From Lama guanicoe (Eukaryota), in NCBI GenBank assembly GCA_013239625.1, contig MU053376.1, positions 1,078,833-1,142,832 on the forward strand: a DNA stretch of 64,000 nt, in the 5' to 3' direction. The notes beneath the pieces are model-generated. The model was not told where the DNA came from, did not search any database, and saw nothing but the letters and a program-made list of their open reading frames with translations. Numbering within the stretch: the first letter of the stretch is position 1; the number at the start of each line of letters is the position of its first letter. This document shows positions 24,011 through 36,623 of this stretch, piece by piece. The position numbers and the translations under genes are program-made.

Positions 24011-27000
24011 GTGAGGCCCTGGTGGGGATGGGGGTGGGGTTACGGGATGGGAGAAAGCCATTTCTGCAGTTAGTCAGGCGGGCCATGCCCCTCTCCCCTG
24101 GTCTCTCAGGGTGCAACCCCCTCTCCTCTCCACTATAGAGAACTCTTTGTGGTTGGTAGAGGGGAGGAGGGGCAAACACCAGGCCTCCAGGCCTCGGCTG
24201 ACGGGTGCCGGGAGGGGGCCCCAGGGTTGGGTGAAGGGACGCTGTGCAGGAAAACAGGTGAACCCTGGCACAGACACCTGCAGAAACCAGTGGCCATGTG
24301 TCACTCTGCTTGGGGCCAGAAGAGCTGATGTGAAATAACATGGAAGGGGTGCTCCTGGTTGGGGCCACCTCTGTTTACAGAGGAACAGTGACAGGCAGAG
24401 GGGAGTGTGAACGCCCAGTGAGCATGACCCAAGTGGACAGCGGGAGGGCCCAGAAGCAGCGAAGTGTTGGGTGCTTGGAGCTTTTGGAAAATTCAGAGGA
24501 TGGAGAATGGAGGAGGCCCCAAGGTGGGCTGGCAGCTCCAGGGGTCCGGCCAGGGACGTGGGTGTGAGGAGGCAGAGGGGACTGCAGGACATTTGTGTGA
24601 ACAACAGGGCATTGTTCTCAGCCTGGCAGGGAATGAGGCGGCTGAGCAGAGGGTGTGGTTTTGACCCGAACCAAGGGGTGGACCTAATGGAAAGGACTGG
24701 AATCCAAGGGCTAGATGAGCATAGTGTTGCTCTGCCAGGAAGGGAGAGTTGCCCTTAGGATCAGGGTGAGAGAAGCACTTGCTGGCTGCAGGAGGGGGCT
24801 CCCTGAAGCCTCCACCCCGTGCCCGGCTGCCTGGAGATCGTAGGTCCTGCCTGAAACGATGAATCTGTGTGCTGTATCCTGCGGTCCTTTGTAGCAGCGC
24901 GAAATTCCTTATAAGGCCACCGAGGGCCTGCATGCCACGAGGGAAGGGGCACCACAGGAAGAGCTAGGGCCCTCACGCACCTGCCCTCGAATCCCCTAGA
25001 TGGGACTGGGCCTCGCTGCAGTTTTTCACCCGACTGTGCCCCAGTGAACAGACCCAGGTGTGCACACTGCCCTGCGTGTACCCCTTTCTCTAGGCATTTG
25101 CCTCCCTGTCCCCTGGAGAAAAGCCACTTAGGCTCCCAGGCACAGGTGGAACCGCTGGATGGGCTGGTGCCTTTCCCTCCCCCACCTGTCCCCACCTGGT
25201 AGTGCTTGGATCAGCTGCGACAATGCCTCCAGAGCTGGGGTTGAGTGGCTTTGTACTGCCTGCATGTCCCCACCAGGAAGAGAAAAACCCGGGCTGTGCC
25301 TGCTGGCTTGAGAGAATGGGGGCAGCCCCTCCCTCCAGGATCGAGGGTTGGAATGTCAGGTTGGTGTGGAAGATGTCAAGTTGCCTCCCTGCCAGCTCCA
25401 ACATCGGGTCAAATGGCCTTTGGCGGAGGGCTTTACACTGTTCCTTTCCCTCCTGGCCTGGCTTACCTCGCTTTTCCTCTTGTAGAAGAGGGGAATCTGT
25501 TTGTTCTCCATCCTGAGAAGGGCGCCCAAGTCAGAGTCACGGGGCCAGAAGTCAGCAGATGGAAGCATCTCTGCTGAGTCACGCGGGCCCGACAGCCCTG
25601 GCACACTCACCCGTGGGGCTCTTGGCCACTGCAGCCCAGGCCCTGCTCAGGAGCTGCACCCTGCGTGGACCTCAGCCCGCTTGGCCAGACCCACAGACGA
25701 GGCAGGGTTGACACCCAACTCCACTGCTCTCCACCCTGGGAGGGGACCTTCAGGCCACCTGTCCCAGGATGATGGAGCCACCCTGCCCTCCTAAAGGGGA
25801 ACCCAGGGATCCCAAAGCTCTTTCCCTGTCTTTTCTTCCATCTTTTTACTTTATTTTTTTCCCCTCAGAGTGACTGGAGTGTGAGCTTTCCACCCCTTGA
25901 GCAGGCGGGTAGGATGGGGAAGGCCCCATCTCTCGTGTCAGCTTGTTCTGGGGACCCTGACAGGAGACTTTGTAAATGCAGGCAGGGACTGCTTGTCCCG
26001 GCGGAGGGGAGCCACAGGCTGGGAGCCCTGTGCGGTCCCTTGGGAACCTGGGAACACAGGTGTGGAGCACACACTCCTTACACGTGTGGTTGTTGATACA
26101 TCTCAGAGAATGTTTATGTGTTTGTTCTGTTGCTGGAGAAATAGATCCTGACCCATATTTCACAGTTCACGTGGCTAATGCCCTCCCCTCTGCACCGAGG
26201 AGCTTTGGGTAAGCCTGGACCCTTCTGTCCCCACAGTGTCTGCCTCAGGGACCCAGGCCACAGGGCCAGCGTGTGAGCGGAAGAGCCATGTCCCGTGTCT
26301 GGGCCGGGCTGACACAGGGATGTGCGCTCAGGCCTGGGAGGAGGTGGGAGCCCCGGGGGGCCCAGGGGAGCTGGGGCCGGAGTCCTGTAAACTGGCGGTG
26401 CGCCTAATCCGGCTTTGCTCGGAGCTGCTGGAAGCGGGCAGGGAGGAGAGTGCACGGTGCCCTGAGGCCTCGTGGAGGGGGTGCTCCCAGGGGCGTGTGG
26501 ACTGTGGGTGGGTCTCACCAGAGCAGGGAAGCGCATAGGGAAAGTTGGGCCCTGGGCACTTCAGACAACGTCCCAGCTCTAGCTCTTCCAGAACATTCAT
26601 CAGTACTTCTTGGACCTCAGTCTGTGTGTAGAGCAGTGTCTGTGACCCCAGCCCTGGCTGGTGGGCGCCCTGAGCAGGGAGCACGGGTGGCCTCCGGGTT
26701 GCCTTGTGCGGACAGGTATTACGGAAGAAGCGTGGCCCACCCTCCACGGTTCTCCCACCTGTGCATGGGGGTTCCTCCCGGGGTCGCGTACCTGAGGGTC
26801 CCGCCCCTCTCAGGCTGGAGAGTGGGGTGAGGAGGCCATGCTGCTGGCGGCTGGGCGGCCTGGGCCATGTGAGGTTCTGTGGTAGATATGAGAGAGGGGC
26901 AGTGGGGCCATCGTAGCCCACCCACTGCCGCACTCCAGGCTGGGGGACCCGGGGAGTTTTCGCCGGCTGGTGCTCGGGAGCTCAGTCATCTCTATTGCTC

Positions 27001-27159
27001 CTCTTTTTAGGTGCCCAACCCGACAGGGCTTGGGAGTGAGTTAGAAGGAGCCTCTGCTGTACTGAAAATGTGACCATAAGATGAAGGACCCAGATACCCT
27101 CCCAGTTGGACCTGAGCCCAGGCTGGCAGTTGGAGGACCCTGGCCTTCCACACCGGGTT

Positions 27160-27842
27160 GTGCAACCATCACCTCTGTCTAGTTCCAGGATGTTTTCATC
27201 ATCCCCAAAGGAAACCCTTATCCATTAAGCAGTCACACCCCACCCTCCAATTACTCCCTTCCCCAGCCGCTGGCAGTCACTAATCTGCCTTCTGTCTCTA
27301 TGAATTTAACTATTCTGGACATTTAATTAATTAATTAATTTTTCCAACAGGGCGGGGATTGGGTTTATTTATTTATTTATTTTTAATGGGGGAACTGGGG
27401 CTTGAACCCAGGACCTCAGGCATGCTAAGCATGCACTCTACCACTGAGCTATATATACCCTCCCCGCTATTCTGGACTTTTAATATAAGTGGAATCATTC
27501 AATATGTGACCTTTAGTATCTGTTTTCTTTTACTTAGTCTGATGTTCTCAGGGTTCATCTGTGTTTCAGCACTGACCAGTACTTCATTACTTTCATAGCC
27601 AAAGAGTACTCCCTGTGGGAATATTAGCAATTTTGTTTGCCCACTCACTGATGAGTGGACATTTGAGTTGTGTCCACCCTTTGGCTATTGTAAATAGTGG
27701 TGCTCTGAACGTACGTGTACAAGTTCTTGTTTGAATACCCCTTGTCAATTCTTTGGGTGCACACCTGGGAATGGAATTGCTGGATCATACAGTAAATCTA
27801 TGTTTAACTTTTTGAGGAACCTCCAGACTGTTTTCCGCAGGC
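27160..27842 (-). mobile_element. Old L1M-type LINE 3' region
   Basis: Typical antisense L1M text: accatcacctctgtctagttccagga..ttttcatcatcccc, ggacatttgagttgt, ttggctattgtaaatagtg, ggaattgctggatcata...tttttgaggaacctccagactgttttcc. Confidence 0.8.
27321..27466 (-). mobile_element. tRNA-Ala-derived SINE, copy 2 (inserted in an old L1)
   Basis: Reverse complement of the same head and B box; TSD ctattctggac at 27310-20 and 27467-77. Confidence 0.85.
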
Positions 27843-30376
27843 TCCAGGCATCATAGGCCTCTGTGGAGGGGCAGGAAGGAGCGGGTGTCCTGCAGGACCC
27901 CCACGCTTGAGTCTGGGCCCCAGGGCAGAGAAGAGGGGCGGTGGGTGGTGGGGGCAGGCCCAGCTGGTTTTCCCCTAGTGCCTGTGCTCCTCTCATTCGT
28001 GGTGTTTCACAGCCAGCTTCAACTCTGCTTTTCCATTTGTAAGCTAGACAACTGCCAAACTGAAGGGGAAAAGGCTCCAAGCTGCCAAACTGGAGCCAGG
28101 ACAGGCGGGAGATTTGCTATTTTACACTCCCAAAGTGTAAAATAGTCCAAAGCACTTTTGCTTTTCACAGCCTTTTCGCATCCCTGTCTCATTAGCTCCT
28201 CCCAGTAGGTGGGACCCACGCACTCCTCGTTATAAAGATGAGCCTGCGGCCTGGCTGAGCTCAACCAGATCCCCACTCATTTTCTGGCTGTTTTTTTTTT
28301 CCCCATGAAGAGAATGGGAAGAGGGAAAGTGTCGAGTGTCTTTGGAAAGCACAGTGGCCTTATAAGAGGGTCAAGTTCTTTAACATCAGAAGCTGTGTGT
28401 TGCGTATAGAATTTAATTTTGTCTGGTTCAATATCTTGATCGCAATATCAGTATTGAGTAAATTTGTTGGTGTGATCTTGTAAATCAACTTCATTTCCTC
28501 CACTGCACAAAGGACAAAAAAATTGTGCTGTCAGACCCAGACAGCATTCATGAGCGCCGCCCTGGACCCGCACGGGGCCAAGTGCTCGCTGGACGTCATC
28601 TTGGGTAACCCTCACCGAGGGCCTGAGACTAGCTATGATTAACCTCATTTTACAGGTGGGAACACCGAGGGTCAGGAAAGTTGAGAGATGAGTGGTTTGC
28701 CGTCACTGCTGGGAAAAGTGCGGGAGGAAGGGGTTTAACTGCAGGATGCAGTTTTAAGTCAGATTGGTGTGGCAAGTAGACCTCGGGACAGGTCATGGAA
28801 GGGAGAAGGAATTGGTTCCTCTGGTATATGAGGTCCTGAAGGTGTAAGCACCTGGCGGGAGGGCAGGGGGACACGAGGGGAGCCCGAGAGCACATGTCAG
28901 AGGAGAGACCTGACTTCAGGAGGGATGGGAAGGGATGGAACCGTGACCTGAAGAGGCCGAAGAGGAAGCCCACAGAGAAGCCACCCTCCCTTGGCCCTGG
29001 GTTTGGCAGGGCTGTTGTTTTAACAGCGTTTTCCAATAACTTTGCACCTTGGCCGAAGTGGAGCCCAGTGACTTCTGCCTACAATTGGCCCGGGCTGTTT
29101 CCGGTGAGCTGGGGGCACTTTCTTTGTGTTTAACCCCTTCCCCCACACTACCCCCCCTCACCGTGCATATAAAGAGCAAATGACCTGACCGTACTGGGGT
29201 GTGCAGTGTGTAAAAATACATGAGGTTGAGCCATTTCCTGCTGCTTCCGTTGTTGCGTGGCGATAAGACGCTGGGGACTCGGCTGCGGACAGAGATCCTC
29301 CAGCAGGCTGAGGGGGTCCCGCCCTGGGAGAGTGGGGCTCCAGGCCCGCCCACGTTCATCCGACCTTGCTTTCCATCTTTCCTATCTTCTGTGACCTTTC
29401 CTTCCTCTCTCTCCCTGCCCCCGGTCCTTTCTCAGTCTCTCTGCTCCTGCTTTGTGCCACCCTGATGCACTCGGGAAGCCTGCCTGCCTGCCTGCCTGCT
29501 GGCGGTGGGGGGAAAAGGCGCGTCCTCTCCCTCCTGTACATCCGCCCCCTTCCACGCTGGGCGGCCGGTACCCCAGGCTCCAGCCTGGACCCTGCTTCAC
29601 TCGGCCTGTGGGTTGCTTCTGGGGCTTGAGCCCTCGGGGACCGGGCCAGCAGGCGGGTGGGGATGCGCTCCTTTTCCAGTTCTGGGAGACTAGGCAGGGC
29701 TGGGTGCTCCCACCCTATGAAGCGGAAGAGGTTGCTGACAACTCCGGAGAGCTGGAAGGTAATGGCAGGGCAGGGAGAGGTGTCAGCAGAGGCGAGTGAC
29801 CCGCTGAGCTGCCCTGGGGGAGCTCGGGTAGGGGAGAGCAGGGGTTGCTTCCTGTGCCTGCGTGGGGCCGAAGTGAGGGCTTTGGTTAGCTCTGAGGAAG
29901 AGGCCCACTCTAGGCAGGAGCCTTGTGGGGAGGTTGAGTCCAGAGGGACAGGGTGTCTCATCCCTGAGAAGCGACCCCGTGACTCTGGTGAAGCCTCAGA
30001 CCTGCTTGGTCCATGTGATGAGGCAGTAAGAGTTCTGGGCTACAGATTCTGTCTTCCTGCAGCTGTGTGTCCCTGAGCAACTTGCTTGAGCTCTCTGGGC
30101 TGAAGGAGGAGCAGGTCTGCTTAGCCTGCATTTTAGGGATGTTATGGGGATCGGGTAGGTAGCAGATGAGGGAGCCCTTCCTAAATGGCAGCTGTGAGGA
30201 ACACTGTTGTCATTGCTGTCAATCTTTTTGACTCTTCCTCAAGTTTCCTGTTCAACCTGCATCCGTTTTCCAGGCGGTGAAACCAAGTCCAGAGGTGACC
30301 AGCGGCACACGGGAGACCCCTGCAGGTCTTGGTTTCACGACTTACATACACTTTCTCTGCTGGCCTTCTTCCCCAG

Positions 30377-31317
30377 GTCGACAAGGGGGACCTGGTGGCT
30401 CTGAGCCTCCCTGGCGGCCCCGGCCATGGTGACACCGACGGCCCCATCAGCCTGGACGTGCCAGACGGGGCCCCGGACCCCCAGCGGACCAAGGCTGCCA
30501 TCGACCACCTGCACCAGAAGATCCTGAAGATCACGGAGCAGATCAAGATCGAGCAGGAGGCGCGGGACGACAACGTGGCGGAGTACCTGAAGCTGGCCAA
30601 CAACGCGGACAAGCAGCAGGTGTCCCGCATCAAGCAGGTGTTCGAGAAGAAGAACCAGAAGTCGGCCCAGACCATCGCCCAGCTGCACAAGAAGCTGGAG
30701 CATTACCGCCGGCGCCTGAAGGAGATCGAGCAGAACGGGCCGTCGCGGCAGCCCAAGGACGTGCTGCGGGACATGCAGCAGGGGCTGAAGGACGTGGGCG
30801 CCAACATGCGTGCCGGCATCAGCGGCTTCGGGGGCGGCGTGGTGGAGGGCGTCAAGGGCAGCCTCTCCGGCCTCTCGCAGGCCACCCACACCGCCGTGGT
30901 GTCCAAGCCCCGGGAGTTCGCCAGCCTCATCCGGAACAAGTTTGGCAGCGCTGACAACATCGCCCACCTGAAGGACCCCCTGGACGACGGGCCCCCCGAG
31001 GAGGCGGCGCGGGCGCTGAGCGGCAGCGCCACGCTTGTGTCCAGCCCCAAGTACGGCAGTGATGACGAGTGCTCCAGTGCCAGCGCCAGCTCGGCCGGGG
31101 CGGGCAGCAACTCGGGGGCTGGGCCCGCGGCGGCACTGGGGAGCCCCAAGTCCAACGTGCTGTATGGAGCCCCCGGAAACCTGGACGCTCTGCTGGAGGA
31201 GCTGCGGGAGATCAAGGAGGGCCAGTCCCACCTGGAGGACTCGATGGAGGACCTGAAGGCCCAGCTACAGAGGGACTACACCTACATGACCCAGTGCCTG
31301 CAGGAGGAGCGCTACAG
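30377..31317 (+). CDS. TMCC2: TMCC2 coding exon 3 (941 nt; coiled-coil region)
   Basis: Acceptor ttcttccccag|[14 protein letters not shown]...[43 protein letters not shown] (TMCC family motif)...LQEERY; donor CAG|GTGGGT, phase 2. Confidence 0.97.
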
Positions 31318-31627
31318 GTGGGTGCCACCTCCATCCATGCTGCCCACCGCTGCGGAGAGGTGCTGCGCACCGGGTGACTCGGTGGTGGAGGCAGGTGGAG
31401 GAGCATCTGGAAGTGTCCTGGGCTGCTGGAAGGGGCCCGGAAAAGGCCCCAGGGAGCCTTCCTCCAGCTTCCAGGGCAGCTGGAAGACAGGATTATGGGG
31501 CTTATGGAAGGAAGGCTTTGCCTGTCTCAGGAGCTTTGAGCATCCCTACTTGATGGTTATGTGGTTATTGTTGCAAAAGTGGAAACTGAGGCAGGGGCCA
31601 GCTACGTGGCCTCTTATCTGGGGAAAC

Positions 31628-31830
31628 TCTGGTTAAGAACACTGACTCTGGGGCCAGGTTACCTGGATTCAAATCCCAGCTCTACTATTTACTCTTTTCC
31701 TTGAGCAGAATTCTCAATGCTTTCCGCACCTGGTGCCTTTGCCTGTGAAGTGGGAACAACGTGAATCCCTTTTCATAGGGTTTGTGAGAATTGAGTCCAA
31801 GCCTGTAAAGGCACAGTTTTTGCGGGTATC
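31628..31830 (+). mobile_element. MIR SINE
   Basis: ggttaagaacactgactctggggccagg..cctggattcaaatcccagctctac...tcatagggtttgtgagaatt. Confidence 0.65.
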
Positions 31831-32179
31831 TGGCGTGGTCCACGGGAGCATCCAGCCGAAGCTCCTGAGTCAGCCTGGGATCGAGCTGGGGTCTCCGGTC
31901 CCCTCCTTCCCCTCTGCCTGCTCTGCTCCTTTCCTCAGTGCCTCTCGAGTGGCATTTGGCCCTTGCTCCCTGGGAGTCTTAGGGATCTTTTTCTTAGTTA
32001 GCACTTCTTGTTCTATTTATATATGTAAAGACGGTTTGGAAAATTAAGGGAGAAACCTGCCTGAAAATTAACTACCCCTATAGAAGAGACATGTTTTGAG
32101 ATTTTGTGCCTTCAGAGCAAGGACTGTCTCTATATATCCCTGCATCCCTGACACCCAGGAGAGCCTTTAGCCCAGGACT

Positions 32180-32410
32180 CAAGGGCCCAGGTTGTTGAAG
32201 TCAGTCAATCCCTGACTCCTCCATTCTTGAGCTGTATGATCTCAGGCAAATTCCTTAGCCTCTCTGTGTGTCAGTCTTCTCATCTGTAAAGTGGGGATGA
32301 CACTAGTACTTACCTCGTGGGGTTGTGGTGAGGATCCTATGAGATAATGTGGATAAAGTGCCCAGCACAGAGCCTGCTATGAGAAGTGCTGTGCACATAG
32401 TAGCTCTCAT
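32180..32410 (+). mobile_element. MIR SINE
   Basis: ctgtatgatctcaggcaaattccttagcctctctgtg..tcagtcttctcatctgtaaagtgggga...ggttgtggtgaggat. Confidence 0.7.
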
Positions 32411-32535
32411 TGTCATCGCTGTTCAAATTGGACAGGGCTGGGTCGAGTCATTGTTGAAAATGAGTGAAATTGACCCACAGGGGAGATGGGAGGCTCGGGG
32501 AGCCAGGACTGGTGTCCACCTTCCCCCTCTGCCAG

Positions 32536-32671
32536 GTACGAGCGGCTGGAGGAGCAACTCAACGACCTGACTGAGCTTCACCAGAATGAGATGACCAACC
32601 TGAAGCAGGAGCTGGCCAGCATGGAGGAGAAGGTGGCCTACCAGTCCTACGAGAGGGCTCGGGACATCCAG
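32536..32671 (+). CDS. TMCC2: TMCC2 coding exon 4 (136 nt)
   Basis: Acceptor ccctctgccag|G completes the Arg codon; [45 protein letters not shown]; donor CAG|GTACGG. Confidence 0.96.
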
Positions 32672-32926
32672 GTACGGTGGCCTCAAGGGGAAGCAGGGGT
32701 GGGCCAGCTCATCCCCGTCCCCTTATTCAAGACTTCATTTCCTCGTCCTCCCCAAACTGGCATCTTTAAAGGACTTGGCCCCCAGCTGCAGCTGATCAGC
32801 CTCTACCCTGCCTGGCCTCCGAGGGGCAGCCTGTGCATTGTCACCTCCTCAGAGGGTCAGGTAGGGTTCAGGCCGGGGGCCTCCATGCCCTGAGCTGTCG
32901 TGCACCCGCCCCTTGCGTCCCTGCAG

Positions 32927-33238
32927 GAGGCCGTGGAGTCCTGCCTGACCCGGGTCACCAAGCTGGAGCTGCAGCAACAGCAGCAGCAGGTGGTACAGCT
33001 GGAGGGCGTGGAGAACGCCAACGCGCGTGCGCTGCTGGGCAAGTTCATCAACGTGATCCTGGCGCTCATGGCCGTGCTGCTGGTGTTCGTGTCCACCATC
33101 GCCAACTTCATCACGCCTCTCATGAAGACGCGCTTGCGCACCACCAGCACCGCCCTCCTGGTCCTCGTCCTCTTCCTCCTCTGGAAGCACTGGGACTCCC
33201 TCACCTACCTCCTGGAGCACGTGCTGCTGCCCAGCTGA
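32927..33238 (+). CDS. TMCC2: TMCC2 last coding exon (two C-terminal transmembrane segments, stop TGA)
   Basis: Acceptor ccctgcag|[24 protein letters not shown]...[23 protein letters not shown]...[15 protein letters not shown]...LLPS*. Summed CDS is 2127 nt = 708 aa + stop. Confidence 0.96.
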   Translation, partial: EAVESCLTRVTKLELQQQQQQVVQLEGVENANARALLGKFINVILALMAVLLVFVSTIANFITPLMKTRLRTTSTALLVLVLFLLWKHWDSLTYLLEHVLLPS

Positions 33239-34237
33239 GAGGCTGGCCGGCCGACCCCGTGCTCTCCCCAGCCCCCACGCTTCTCCAGGGGGAACCCTGG
33301 GATGCCTGAGTCCCTTGGACTTCTTCATGCATCCAGTTTGGCCTCCTGCCCAAACTGTCCATTCCAGCAACTTCTGCCTCCTTCTCTGTTCTTGCTTCTT
33401 CTGTCCAATGCCTTCTCCCTCTTGGCCTGAAGGGAGCCAGCCTTAAGTGCGACCCCGGCTGGAGGCAGTGGGGACGTCGTGGCCAAATGGAGCAGAGGAC
33501 TCCGGGACGGGCCATCTGAGGAGGCAGCTCTGGTTCCCTCGTACGGAGATGGTCAGGATGGAGGCATGAGAGCGAGGGGGTCTCCACTGGCCCCAGGGAG
33601 GCTCCCCAGCCCACCCCTCCTCCCTCCAGAGCGGATCTGAGGCTGGGCTCTGGGTCAGGCCCTTCTGGGGTCTGAAGGGTGCAGGTTCGGGAAGCCAGGT
33701 GGCTTCAGATTTGTGTTTCCCCTGTTATTCTTGCTGCCTGTCACTGGATCTGCTCTCTTCAGGGAAAGAGGCCCCAGGGGCCCTGAGCCTCAGCCCAAGC
33801 CCTTAGGGTTCTATTTATTTATTTATTTGTTTGTTCCTTTGTACCTTATCCCCCTGAGCTCCAGGGAGGGGTCCTGCCCCCCAGCCCCCACCCCCTCTCT
33901 GAAGCCCAGGCTGCTTCTCGGCTGTCAGGCACTTCCATGCCATTTAGCTCTGGATAATCCTTGCTGGGAGAAGTGGGGCGGAGCCCCAGCCCCGCCCTCC
34001 CAAGCAGCCCCTCGGCCTCTTTTATACGTCTGTTTATTCTGTGTGTGTGTTTGTGTGGGGGAGGCTGTTTGTGGCTGTATTTTTTAAGGTTCTGGAGTGT
34101 TGTGTATGGTTTCTGTCCACAGCCCAGCCTCCCCACGGGCACTTCCACAAAGAGAGGGGCTCTCTCAGAACGCGAGAGGGAAATCCCCTGGAGCAGGGGA
34201 GGGCGGTGCCCGCCAGCTGTTGTGGACCTTCCCGAGA

Positions 34238-34243
34238 AATAAA
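34238..34243 (+). terminator. TMCC2: TMCC2 polyadenylation signal AATAAA (3' UTR ~1 kb)
   Basis: First canonical AATAAA I found after the stop codon, followed by a GT-rich stretch (tagtgttgg) ~30 nt downstream. Confidence 0.75.
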
Positions 34244-36493
34244 TATCCTCTAAATTTTCAAACCATCCTGTCTAGTGTTGGCTGATTAGGCTGTTTCCAT
34301 GGAAACCTCCAAATCTCTCCCAGCACTCAAGCATTCTGGGGAACACAGACTGGCCCTCACCTGTTGGCCTGAGACCTTCTTCCTCCAGGATCTGATGTTG
34401 AACAAGGCATCATCCACCCTTCCCAGTTGCTTCACGCAGCCAAAGCTCTGGCCTAGGTGATAGGGAGGTTATGCCCACCCCTGGAGTGCTTTCTTGGAGG
34501 AGGGGAATTGGGAGCAATTTCCTTAGGTTGGAGAAGTAAACTTCTGGAGACCTGGATGACGGCAGTCATACCCAGCTGTGTCCACGAGAGGGCAGCAGAA
34601 TCCTTACTCAACAGCTTGGAGTTCAGTCACAAAGTTTGGCCTTATCAATGCTGTCCAGTCACAGCAGAGATCACCTGCTCAGCAGGAGCTGGAACATGGC
34701 CTTGAGCATAGAGGCTAGGCCCTCACTGTCTGTTCCGGGGCTGAATCTCCCATCCCTGACAGTTCAAAACACCCACAAACGGCACTGGATTCCCAGCAGG
34801 AACCCCATGGAAGCTTGGTGGGCTCACCTGAGTCTCCCTCCTGGGAGAAGGAGATGGTGGCCCTCGGCTTCATGGAAGTAGGAGGGGTGGGGAAGGAAGC
34901 ACCTACCCCAGAGCCCTGACCCATAACTCGTGCACCTATGGCCAGTTCCCATCTCTCTGAGCCTCACTTTCCATGCTTGTAATGTGGATGGATGCTGTCG
35001 CTGCTAGTTGCAAAAGGCTCTGACATTCTGTGATTCTATAGGTCTGAGAAGTCAAAAGTTACAGCTGTATCCTCGGCCTCGGGCTTGAGGGGACTCCAGG
35101 AGTCAGGGACCACGCCCTTAGCTGGATCAGAGAGAGTGTTGTGCTGGTGCCACCAAGAGGATGGCATGGACAGTCCATCTTCGCCCTCTGTAACCGTGTA
35201 GTTTTACCAGGTCACCTTATGGGGCCTTCCAACAATGTCACTGCTGGACCTTGCACCCCCTTCTCTTCCAACCTCAGGCACAACACGTCCCTTGGGGGCC
35301 GCGGGCTGCTGGGCTGGGAGCCTACATTCCTAGGCCCCAGGTGGGGGGTGGCTGCCCCAGGCTGCAGACATTTCCCACATTCCTCCCCAAGGTCAGGTGC
35401 CTTCCCTGTGTTGGTTCTGAAATGTCACTGCCAGCCACAGTACACGCTGAAAGGGAGAAGGGAAGAGGGAAGTGGGCAAGGGACATTCTTAGCTGATCCC
35501 GAGGCTGCAAAGCAAGCAGGCCAAGGAGAGAGAAGCCCAGCCCCAGGTTCAGAGCCGTCTTCTGCGAAAAAGGACTGAACAAGTAGGCCCTGTGCTTGCC
35601 TCTTCATGACAAGCAGTTTCTAGCAAAACTTGGCCCAGCTGGGAGTTGAGTTTCATTCCTCTGAGAGTCACTGCCCTTCCTTATTTATGTCTGAGCCTCT
35701 CTCCACTCTAGAAAGGGGATGACTTACCAACTCTGGACCTGCCTGCCTCTCCCACCCGAGGTCACAGCGTGAGACATTGGATCAGGGTGGCCTCGGCAGG
35801 GGACCACCCTCCATCAGACTGCAAGACCAACAGGCAGGCTTTTTCCTAGAGCGTCCGTCCTGCAGATCCCTGCCCCACCCTGGGGTTGAGAGGGCTCAGC
35901 CTGCTGGCACACTTCGGCAGCCTCAGTGGCCCAGGGTGGGAGCAGCTGAGAATTCATCTCTGCCGGGACTTGCTGCTTTAAGTTCCAACAGCACTTGGCG
36001 GGCAGGTGGCTGGCTAGGAGCGGGCATGTGTGCTGTGCCTGTGCAGAGCTGGCGCTCCCTGCCAGCCTTGTGGAAACAGTGGAACTGCGGCAGGTGCAGC
36101 CTTGGGCAAACACGGAAGCCCTCAGACAGCACAGGACAGAGGGTGGTGACCTCCCCCTACCCCACCACTCCAGGTTACTTGAGGGTGATTCTGGGGAGAG
36201 GAGAGACCTGGGACCACAGGGTGGGAGAGGAGGGGAGCTGCACCCAGGGCACATGGACAGATGCACGTGGCAGGCTTAAGTTCCCTGTCAGCAGCAGGGC
36301 CCTTAAGTGAGGTCCGGGTTTCAATTTAAGAGCATGGACCTGGGTTCAAATCGCAGCGCTGCCACTCGCCTTAGGCAAGGTTCCAACAATCTCAAGTGAG
36401 TCTCCTCTGCTGATAGGAAAGCAAAGGACATCTGGCTCACAGGTAAGGGGTGCAGGAGAGGATACCCTCCTGCATGTCAAGACCTCAGCCTGG

Positions 36494-36623
36494 GCGGAAG
36501 GGTACAGCTCCAGTGGTAGAGTGCCCGTTTGGCATGCATGAGGGCCTGGGTTCAGTCCCCAGTAATTCCTCTGGGATAAACCTAATTACCTCCCCCTACC
36601 AAAAAAAAAAAAAAAAAAAAAAC
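36494..36623 (+). mobile_element. tRNA-Ala-derived SINE, copy 3
   Basis: GGGTACAGCTCCAGTGGTAGAG...GGGTTCAGTCCCCAG...CCTAATTACCTCCCC, A22 tail; TSD cctcagcctgg at 36483-93 and 36624-34. Confidence 0.85.

Noticed and set aside
30335..31231. 298-aa antisense ORF (and the 170/169-aa ones) over TMCC2 exon 3
   Set aside because: Shadow ORFs caused by the strong GC3 codon bias of the real exon; no independent splice or promoter signals and no recognisable domain.
31318..31636. C-terminal part of the 435-aa ORF
   Set aside because: Lies past the phase-2 donor at 31317; family similarity stops there and resumes in exon 4.
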